The position numbers were made by a program, and so were the translations under genes. A DNA stretch of 64,000 bases from Lingula anatina (taxonomy: Eukaryota > Animalia > Brachiopoda). The notes below the pieces were generated by a model, which made no database searches, had not been told where the DNA came from, and saw only the letters and a list, made by a program, of their open reading frames with translations. Within the stretch, counting starts at the first letter, position 1, and every line of letters begins with the position of its first letter. Below, piece by piece: positions 54,372 through 64,000 of this stretch. The stretch covers positions 16,802,001-16,866,000 of the forward strand of contig CM120646.1 of NCBI GenBank assembly GCA_051362555.1. The letters are read 5' to 3'.

Positions 54372-55928
54372 TCAAAAATGTATTGGCTTGATTTTCATGA
54401 TCCCTTTTTTCAACAAACAACCAGTATCACAATTTATGCCCGTAACCCCAGCATACTTAAAACAATATGGCTGCACGGAACAACTCGGTTGATCATCCGG
54501 GTACTTTCCCGTAAAAGAGGCTCCCCCACAACGGCCAAACCACCATCCGCCTTGGTACGAACTTGCGCAGTTCCCTCCCCATTTGTCATTGTCTCTGTCG
54601 TGCGTGGTAAACGGCTGGCCGTTATGGTCACCAATACTATCTTGAGATACGTTGCCAGCGAAGCTATTTGCATTCAGCTGCAGAGTGTAATTGCGACTTC
54701 CTGAGAATAGATAGAAATTATCGAACTCGACCCAGTAGGAATTGTTGTTATAGGATTCAAACTCAATTCTCAGTTTGTACGTCTTATTGTAGGTCATAAG
54801 GTGGACAATCTCATTTCCAAGCCAGTGGTCACCGGAAACGTCTCCAAATCCATCTCGGTACTCTGCCCAAGTACGGTTAAATGACAGCTCAGGTCCAGTA
54901 CGTCTGTAAATTACAGTCCAGCCATCTTCACACCACATAAAGCGAACTCTACCGGTGCTGGAATCGGGGTCTCTGATCGCTGTCACACCTTGAAAATTAT
55001 AGCAATAATTTTTTTCATAGAATACATAGAAATATAGTTGAATTATTCCCATGATCTTTGAACAAATTCTTTTACTTAGAATCGCAGATATTTGAAATAC
55101 TAACCCTGTCCAAATTACAACATCTTTCTTTCATTCATCGTTTGTTTTAGATAGCAGCCATGTCGCCAAATCCAAATTAATATCCGTACAGCAACCTAAT
55201 TATAGGTCTACTCTTTCCATCCACTATTTTTTTAGTTTTCCGTTATTCAAAATGGATCTGTCTTAAGTTTTTGGCTGTAATACTTTTTCATATCTTAGAA
55301 AACTAAACATAATATTTACCTTTGGGGTTAACGGAATTGCCACCGCAGTCCGGGAATACCTTTGGAAAGTGGTGGAGTTATATACAATTAGTTCGCAGTA
55401 TATAATTTTATGATTTTGATTTGAATGTTTCACGTTTATGGCAACACATTAGATTTACTTGTGCCTTCAATTCAAAGTAAATGAACTTACACCAGGTGTA
55501 CCTTGAGCGAGGACAAAAGATTACATCAAATTTGTATGGCAGTGGTGATGAACAACAGAAAGTGGATACCTTGGCATAATATCGCCTTCCTGTGTCAGAA
55601 ACTGTTTTATTTAGGCCGTAATTCATATTCCCTCTGTAGATAACACATTCAGTGCCCATGCTCGTTATATCAAAGAAGTAAAAGTATTGGCAGTTTCCAT
55701 ATCGAAGGCAGATTAACGCACAATTAATGTTGCTGCTAACAGCGTGATGCTGTAGCTCGTTGTCAGGAGATACAGCTGCGGAGGAAACCGAAACAAACCG
55801 TCCCAAGCTTTCCATAGACGTCGACCCGCAGACAACATGGGTAAAGAAATCTGAAAACAAAAAATTGAGGTATCAATTCAAAAGTAACTAAAATCTTAAA
55901 TCTTCTATTCCTAAAATCAATTCAAGAA

Positions 55929-55972
<44 letters not shown>

Positions 55973-56087
55973 ATGCGAATGAAGTAACCCTCACATACAA
56001 GTACTTGTCAAATACAATTTAAGAAGTAGGCCCTATTCGATATTTACGTAATGTGACGGAACGAAGCAATGTCTTCCAGAACGGCAT
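54372..56087 (-). CDS. Secreted PAN/apple + FReD protein, copy B, about 325 aa
   Basis: Exons 56087-56048, 55850-55570, 55359-55320, 54988-54372; same structure and motifs as copy A; 978 nt in frame. Confidence 0.92.
55930..55971. repeat. Poly-A/T run (42 nt) in intron 1 of FReD copy B
   Basis: Read directly; the equivalent position in copies A and C has only short interrupted A-runs. Confidence 0.9.
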
Positions 56088-56981
56088 ATTAAGTCTTCTG
56101 TCATGAAAATGTTTCATGCTATTTGTGTCTTGTGTGAGTGTCAAAACACAATGAAAAAGTGTCTTATAAGTCAAAGATGTAGAAATGTTGTCGAGATTGG
56201 AAAAGGGAACGGGTTTCCTTGCATCGACAGGATGAAAAAGAACGGCGTGTTTGTTTAGTTGCATTATCATTCTTCACAAGAACAAAGGTAGATGGGAAAA
56301 TGTTTTTTTTATATTTGACTAACACTTATGGGACATCAAAAGTTGTATTCTAAAAACCAGTGTTTTTTCATTGTCGAGTTTAAAACACTTTGTTTTTCAT
56401 GCAGTTTACAAATACATACCTATTTACACGCCCCCGGATCAAGGCATCAAGTTCCAAACAGTTTTTTCACGTGAATACGAGAAATATTGATAAATGTTGC
56501 ATTCATGTTATATTCATCAAATAAAATTGTTTAGTTTATTAATTTATCAAACATACATTTAAAATTGCTTTATCCTAGGATGTTTAATGTATCATTGCGC
56601 TGAGAACAACTAATAGGTTCTATGTTATCAAAAGGGTATAGAAATACGTATACAACTAGCATTGCAAGATGAGTGTAGACACGCACCAGAACTTACAGAA
56701 CTAACATGTCAGCCTGTTCTCTTCTCATCTCATTCCCTCCTGTCCAAGCATGTGCAATCAGATACATCACCTCCATGGTCTCGTGTTTTTAAAACATTTT
56801 AAAACAAAAATCGCGAGTATATCACACTTCCTGCCTGTTACCCAGACATATCTAAAATATTGATTTGGTATACACCGAATCATGGGGTTAACATGCAGTA
56901 AAATATTTCTTGCTCGTTATCCCTATGCACCTTGGGACCGACTCGCACCATTAAGTAAATATGTATCAAGTTTCACAGTTA

Positions 56982-57194
56982 AGACCCCTTTACACTGGAC
57001 GGCGTCCTTTCTGCGTCCCGTAGTACGGTTCCCGTTTGAGAGTAAAAAAAAAAACATGCCGACAACTGGCCGATCAATGAGCATTCATTTTGCAACTAAA
57101 GCGATGCTTGTAACTCCTTTCTAGGACCACAGCGATGCCAGTTTCATGGTCGCATAACGGACGCAGAAAGGACGCCGTCCAGTGTAATGGGATT
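56982..57194. mobile_element. PIF/Harbinger-type MITE with TTA TSD
   Basis: TIRs CCC(T/A)TTACACTGGACGGCGTCCTTTCTGCGTCC and inverse. TTA is duplicated (56979-81, 57195-97). The empty site CACAGTTACAGGTAGA is present in the paralogous unit at 53771-53786. Confidence 0.9.
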
Positions 57195-57278
57195 TTACAG
57201 GTAGATAACGAATGAACATGATGGCATTCCTTCTTCAGATATATTGTTGAGACGATACTAGCGTCACTCAGATACTAA

Positions 57279-57438
57279 CAGTGCATTCCCGTAGATTTAG
57301 ATCGATCCATCCTTCACGCTAAATAGCTGTCAGCCGAGCGCACACGGTGGGACAGACATTTACGCCGGCTTAGCTGACAGTAATCTAGTGAGACTCCCCA
57401 CAGGGATAGATCGATCTAAAATTTGTGCGAATGGGGTC
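57279..57438. mobile_element. Second Harbinger-like MITE, more decayed
   Basis: GCATTCCCGTAGATTTAGATCGATCCATCC versus GGATAGATCGATCTAAAATTTGTGCGAATGG, with TAA/TTA at the flanks. Absent from the paralogous sequence at about 53850-53870. Confidence 0.65.
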
Positions 57439-58590
57439 TTACAGTACAAAGTTTACATAAAACTGCCCACGGCCAAAGCTCATGGCGTCAAGTTCCAAAT
57501 ATTTATTCACACCAAAATGATTTAAACAATAATGATTTGCTTTTATATTGTTCAAACATTAAACTGTCATAACTGTACAGATACACACACTGGACAATAT
57601 AGAAGTGTCACCCCTACTGAACCAATACTTTGGAGGAGATAAATGACTGTGGAATGATATGCTCCTGGTATCATTTTATTTACATCAAATTTCGCTAAGA
57701 GACCAACAATACAATTCTTTGATACAGCGGTTTTATACTCATTAGTCACTTTATAAGTAGACCAGTCATTTATCTCACCAGGCATTATAACTACCCAAGA
57801 TCTACTACTTTGATTACTCTGATTCAGGGGGTGAAACTTCTATTGTCCAGTTTGTGTATGGTTGTTTCACAAAAATGACAAACAATGTATGTTTTTGTGC
57901 TAATAACTATTCATATTGACAGAATTTTTATTAGCTAAGGCTAGACAACGGTGACAAATTGACTAATGAGCGTAATCGACGTTTATTTTAGGACATCAGA
58001 TTTTTTCGCACTTATTTATTTAACTGGAATATACATTGGATACTGGCTAAAGTGGGATAAATTTACAATCAGCCCCAGGAAAGCCTTTTATTTATGCTCT
58101 GAAATCGCCCATACTTCGGACTTGTATCATTCCCTTACCCAGAAGTATTAAGAAGAGGAGAAGAAGTAGAAGAAAACCCCGATCGACTATAAAATTTACC
58201 TTTGCTTATTTAACATCATGTGTCTGAGAAAAAATAGAACATCCGTCTACGGAGAATCTCTACTATTTAACTAATTTGTCATTTTTTTATTTAAAAACGC
58301 CCACCATTGCTTTACAGGCAAAATTGATCGGGCAACTTTGCGCCACAATGTTCTAGTATCAATCAATATGTAAGATACATCTTTAGTTATGAGTCTTTCA
58401 TAAAGTGCAAAATAATTGATAATCTATAAAATGAGGAGATACCATCCTGCCTTTTACTCATTAAACATTATCAGTTATCATTGTCATTGTCACAAACAAG
58501 ATGATGAAGCAAAATAATTATAAACAAAATAATAATGATGTCAACCAGCTCTCTCTCTTTGAAGCTCAGCATGTGTATATACTCCTGTAG

Positions 58591-60246
58591 TTAGGTACGA
58601 ATTGGCTTGATTTTCATAGTCCCTTGTTTCAGCAAACAGCCAGTATCACAATTTTTGCCTGTGACCCCGACATATTTAAAGGTATATTTCTTGAAGGACC
58701 ATTTGGGATCATCCGGGTGCATCCCTGTAAAAGAGGCGGCCGCACAACTGCCAAACCACCATCCACCTCCGTACGAACTCGCACAATTCATCCCCCCTTT
58801 TCTGTCATTGTCTCTGTCGTGCGTAGAAAACGGACAGCCATTATTGTCACCAATACTATCTTGAGATACGTTACCAGCGAAGCTATTTGTATTCAGCTGC
58901 AGTCTGTAATTCTCACTTTCTTTGGACAAGTAGAAATTATCAAACTCAACCCAGTAGGAGTTGTTGTTATAAGAATCAAACTCAAGTCTCAGTTTGCACG
59001 TCTTATTGTTGGTCATAAGGTGGACAATCTCATTTCCAAGCCAGTGGTCAGCGGAAATGTCTCCAAATCCATCTCGGTACTCTGCCCAAGTACGGTTAAA
59101 TGACAGCTCAGGTCCAGTACGTCTGTAAATTACAGTCCAGCCATCTTCGCACCACACAAAGCGAACTCTACCGGTACTGGAATCAGGGTCTTTGATCGCT
59201 GTCACACCTTGAAATTAATAGCAATAAATTTTGTTTTCAGCATCCGTTCAAAAAAAGTTGACTTGTTCCCATTATTTTTGAATAACTACTTTTACTTAGA
59301 ATCCCCGATATTTTAAATACCATCCCGTCCAAATTACACATATTTCTTTCAATTATCATTTGTTTTTGATAGCAGCAAAATTGTCAAATCCGAATATAAT
59401 GAACTACATCTCCGTAGAGAAACCAAATTATCTTCTTATATTCTAGTGGATTTCTCAGTTTTCCGTCACTATTAATACCTTTTTCATATGTAAGAAAACT
59501 AAATATATATTTACCTTTGGAGTTAAAGGAATTGCCATTGCAGCCCGGGAACAGCTTTGGGAAGTGGTAGAATAATATACAATTAGTACACAGTAGATAC
59601 TTTTCTGATTTTAATTTGAAAGTTTCACGATTTACTTGGCCATTCAGTTGGAAATATATGAACTTACACCAAATTTATATTGAGGAGGGTGAATGATTAC
59701 ATCAAACGTGTGCGACAATGGTAAGAGCAACAACAGAAAGTGGATACCTTGGCATAATACCGCTTTCCTGTATCAGAAACTGTTTCATTTAGGATATAAT
59801 TCATATTCCCTCTGTAGATAACACATTCATTGCCCATGCTAGTTAAATCCGAGACGTAAAAGTACTGGCAGTTTCCATATCGATGGCAGATTAGTGCACA
59901 ATTGATGTTGCTTCTGACAGTGTAATGCTGTAGCTCGTTGTCAGGAGATTCAACAATGGAAGAAATCGAAACAAACCGTCCCAAGCTTTCCATCGACGTC
60001 GACTCGCAGATCATACGCGTAAGGAAATCTGAAAACAAGAAAACGAAATTATGAATTCGAAAGAAACTAAAATCTTAAATCTTCAATATATGCAACCATT
60101 TGATGAAAATATGATGCCAATTTTAATTAAAAAAAAGTAAAAAAAAAATTAAACCCTATACATACAAGCTTTGTTAATTTCAATTTAAAATGTATTAAAT
60201 ATTTACGTAGAGAGAACGAACGAAGCAATGTCTTCCAAAACGGCAT
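58591..60246 (-). CDS. Secreted PAN/apple + FReD protein, copy C, about 325 aa
   Basis: Exons 60246-60207, 60028-59748, 59554-59515, 59207-58591; 978 nt in frame; same motifs as copies A and B. Confidence 0.92.
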
Positions 60247-61943
60247 ATTAAGTCTTCTGTTATGTAAAAGTTTCATATGTGTGTTTTGTGCGCGTCAAAA
60301 CCCAATAAAAAGAGTTTTAGAGCCTTAGATCTACATGTAGAAATGTTGTGGTGACTGGGCTCGGTTTCCTGCATCGACAGGATAAAAGACAGCGTGTTTG
60401 CCAAGTTACATTATTTTTCGTCCCAAGAACAAAGGGAGATGTGAAAATAGTTTTTTTTCTATTTGACTTACACTTATGAAACGTCATAAATTGTATTCTG
60501 CAGCCAATGCTTTTTCGTTGTCGATTTTATCATTCTTTGTTTAATTTATAATTTCCCAATACATACTGTTGAAACGCAACTGGATCAGGGCATCTAGTCC
60601 CAAGCACTTATTCAAATGAAAACGAAAAATATTGATAGATGAGGTGTTTACAGTAACTTTAACAGCAAAAATTGCTTTGTTTATTTGTCGAAAATTCCCG
60701 TTTAATTATTATATCCAAATGATACACAGTATAATGTAATTGTGTACTGAGAACAACCAATAGTGTGAGGTTATATATTATCTAAGGGGTATAAAAGAAG
60801 ATAATTAACTCAGCAAAACGTTTTCTCTTCCCTTCTCTTTCTCTCCCGCACATCCATGTGTAATCAGAGGTATCGCCTTCATTTACATTGCTTCATGTTT
60901 CATAAAAGGATGTATTTACAATGGAATAATAATGACAAATACAGTTACTCTAGTATGTACCTATATATCACACGAAGTATCAGACGCGACTCCGCTCTTG
61001 CCTAGTACGCGATGTGATAGCGATGATTCTGAGCCGGGTTGGAAAGTAGTGCATCCCATTTCAAAATTTATTCTGGGGTATGATACTGTGAAATGCGTAC
61101 TGACGCACACCTTGAAAACGGGTAGTGTGGTCCGATCTACCGGTAAATTCGTGATCATTCGGTGCCGAGTGTGGTAGTTGGGAAGGCCTGCATGTTTGAT
61201 CAGAGAATATTGCCTTCATTTTCATTGTTCCATGTTTCATTACAAAATAATAAATAATAAATTTTAATTTATAAATAGATACGCGAGTATATACCTGTAA
61301 ATCACACTTCGTGCCTGCCACCCAGATATGTCTAAAACGCCGATTTTTTCGGTGGTACATACTGAGTCATCAGGGTGACTTGCAGCCAAATGGACCTTTG
61401 ACAGAACATCTTTAAACCGATGCGAACCTTTAAGCGAGTATCCACTACTGGTTAAAATTTTGTTCCATCTTCAATCCTATGCTTTTGTTTACATATTAAC
61501 GTATGACAGTTAAAGGCTGTTCTAAATAGTTCTTCAATTCCATATAACATATTTAACATGATTTAGGGTACAGAAAAGCCACAATATCAATGAAGATATC
61601 AACATTTTATAACATTTATTCATATCAAAAACATGCATCCCATACAAATCAACCAACTAGAAACTAACATAGACCTAACATACATCAGTCTGTTCTCTCT
61701 CTCCTTTGTCTCTCTCCCGCCCAAACATATGAAAAAAAAATGCCTTCATTTTCATCGTCCCGGGTTGAATCGTGTATGTACATGTGGTTTTCTTAGTCAA
61801 TTCTTTGACCATCGTCGTCTACAGTGTGCTGTCAAGATAAGGTACAGTCAGAGTGTAATATAATGTCAAAAGAGGAAACGAAAGGTACTGGATTTTTCAT
61901 AGACTGGCTCTCTCATTCTCCCTCTATCTGGGATAATGTATCA

Positions 61944-63697
61944 TTACAGGTGCGTTGCCTTGATTTTCATTGTTCCTTGTTTTAGCAAGCAACCAATATC
62001 ACAGTTAATGCTTGTTATCCCGACATATTTGAAGCATCTATTTGAATTGGTGATGCATGCTGGATCATCTGGGTACCTTGCAGTTAACATAAAGTGGGCA
62101 CAGCTGCCAAACCACCATCCACCTTGGAACAGACTAGCACAGCTGTGGTTTATGCTGTCGTCATTGTCTCTATCGTGTGTGGAAAACGGGAGACCGTAAT
62201 GGTATTCCATACTGTTCCCAGATACGTTCCCAACAAAGCTAGCGACACTTAGATATAATTTATAGTTGTCAGTTTCTGGGGACAAGTAAAAGTCATCGTG
62301 CTCAACCCAGTAGGAGTTGTTGTTAAAGGAATCGAGTTCAAATCTGAGTTTGTATGTCTTATTGTAGGTCATAAGGTGGACAATCTCATTTCCAAGCCAG
62401 TGGTCACCGGAAATGTCTCCAAATCCATCTCGGTACTCTGCCCAAGTACGGTGAAATGACAGCTCAGGTCCAGTACGTCTGTAAATTACAGTCCAGCCAT
62501 CTTCACACCACATAAAGCGAACTCTACCGGTGTTGGAATCAGGGTCTCTGATCGCTGTCAGACCTTAAAATAAAATACATCTATGAAACATGTATTGTAC
62601 AAAATATGTACATGTATTGAAGCTCTACTGAGCCTTTTTTTATTTCCAAACCTGTACGTTTATAGGCTGGTTGGCATTCAGTGACCAGTTTGACTCGTGT
62701 ATACCAGAATTCATGGTTCGATACAAGAACTTAACTGTAGTGTATAGTTATGGTTACATCAGTCAAATACTTGATCTTATTTTCACACTAAGAAAATCAA
62801 TTTAAGCAAATAGAGGTCGTTTACTCAGACATACAAGTATGTGCTAGGCACGTGCACACTCTACAGGGCCACAGATAGCTTTTTTTGCTGGGTAATTACA
62901 TTTGTATCTCTGGCTAATTATTTGGACTTTCATGTACTGCCCAGCGAGAATCTATGCACAGACCTGACGTCGATTACTCAACTGGTTTCTGGTAGCTGTC
63001 ACCATGACAACAACATCATGTGTTTTAGACCGCTAGAATAGTACATTTGATACTTGCCATATTATTTTTATTTACATATATGCCGTTTGCCCCCTTGCTT
63101 ACCTTTTGGATAACCTAAGTTGCCACTACAGTCTTTAAACACCTGTAAATTAAAGGTGAAAATATTGTTGAACTAAGCATGATACTTGATACGATGCTTT
63201 TAAATAAATCAATATTTTAAAACGTTCGATGCAAAGACTTATAAGGTGTGCTAATTGGGCACGTAAGTAATATTTAAAATATAAACGTTCTGTTTTAATC
63301 TTCACATCCACGACACAAAAATTGCAGTAGATGTGGATACCTTAAAGTGTCAGTAAAATATTGTTTGCCTCTATTTGAAAAAAAGATAAATTGGTGATGG
63401 GGACAGCATGGAATACCTTGGTAAAATACTTCGTTCCTGTGTCAGAAATTGAGCTGTTTGCAAATGTATTCGTGCCTCCTCTGTAGATAGTGCATTCGAT
63501 AAATCTGGTAGTAGTATCTCTGACGTGAAAGTATTGACAGTATTCATACTGCAGGCAGAGCAATGCACACTTTCGGTTGCTTTCTACAGTAAACTGTTGA
63601 ATCTGATTCTCAGGTGATACGATCGCAGACGACGTAGGCATAAACTGTGTGAGGCTTTTTGCCAACGTTGATGTCCTGCTTACATTTATGAGGTTAC
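61944..63697 (-). CDS. PAN/apple + FReD protein, divergent copy D; first (ATG) exon not found, probably beyond the window
   Basis: Exons 63697-63417 (281 nt, same length as the PAN exon in A-C; SNRKCALLCLQYEYCQYF...ECTIY), 63142-63103 (40 nt, VFKDCSGNLGYPK) and 62563-61944 (FReD). Confidence 0.88.
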
Positions 63698-64000
63698 CTT
63701 TTTAAAACGGAGAACATTTTTACATTATATCTTAAGTGTTAATACCAGTTTACAACTTGGCACACCGACGTGTACCACTTATTGAAATTGAAATTCGAAA
63801 CTCACAAATCTGTTGTATTTAGTAGGATTTGGTATATAAACAAGTCTATCAGTGAGTTTAACGATACAGAGTGTATTTAATCAAAGCGACAGAAGTGTTT
63901 GCAAGCTTGCACTCCAACTTATCAAAATTCCATATTGGTGTTACATTTTCTTCTCGGACACCTCTATTCTACGAGAATAGCATCTTATTAAAATGACGAT

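Larger units (their letters stand above)
50690..61390. repeat. Tandem segmental duplication units (3.1-4.2 kb) carrying FReD copies A, B and C including introns and flanks
   Basis: Non-coding 5' flanks align by eye (52900-53950, 56090-57520, 60250-61390; e.g. GGATCAxGG.ATCxAGTxCCAA, TGAGAACAACxAATAG, CGCGAGTATA), as do the 3' flanks (ATTCATATTGA...GACAT..TTTxCGCxCTT). Confidence 0.85.

Noticed and set aside
58624-59103. Antisense ORFs over FReD exons (also 54378-54704 and 61936-62199)
   Set aside because: These are shadows of the conserved minus-strand coding frame with no independent motifs.
62665-62730. tRNA/SINE-like B-box GGTTCGATAC
   Set aside because: No cloverleaf or well-spaced A-box; too degenerate to call.
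63806-63850. Candidate signal-peptide exon for FReD copy D at the GTGAG donor (63805)
   Set aside because: An in-frame TAA lies five codons upstream in the required phase and there is no ATG.

Overview
AT-rich eukaryotic genomic DNA with GT-AG spliceosomal introns, from a marine invertebrate. The msp130-type gene fits an echinoderm, hemichordate, cephalochordate or mollusc, and the sequence alone cannot settle which. I spliced gene models by hand. In order: the 3' part of aspartyl aminopeptidase DNPEP (+); a complete sterol C4-methyl oxidase MSMO1 (-); a decayed TIR transposon with a nested foldback element; a complete 11-exon GPI-anchored MSP130-family gene (+); about 17 kb with no recognisable CDS; a quiver/sleepless-like Ly6 gene (+); a convergent 6-exon gene with the unusual architecture signal peptide-EGF(4 Cys)-CCP-CCP-Ly6/uPAR-GPI (-); and a tandem array of four secreted PAN/apple + fibrinogen-related domain (FReD) genes (-). 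The most notable observations are three. (1) The EGF-CCP-CCP-Ly6 mosaic gene has its two Ly6/GPI exons bracketed by a ~165-bp inverted repeat. (2) The PAN-FReD paralogues differ mainly in the ligand-binding loops. (3) The most divergent FReD copy carries an apparent gene-conversion tract. Together these suggest a candidate innate-immune recognition/regulator cluster, which is inference only. Several MITEs with TIRs and TSDs and many microsatellites are present. No tRNA, rRNA or CRISPR array was found.
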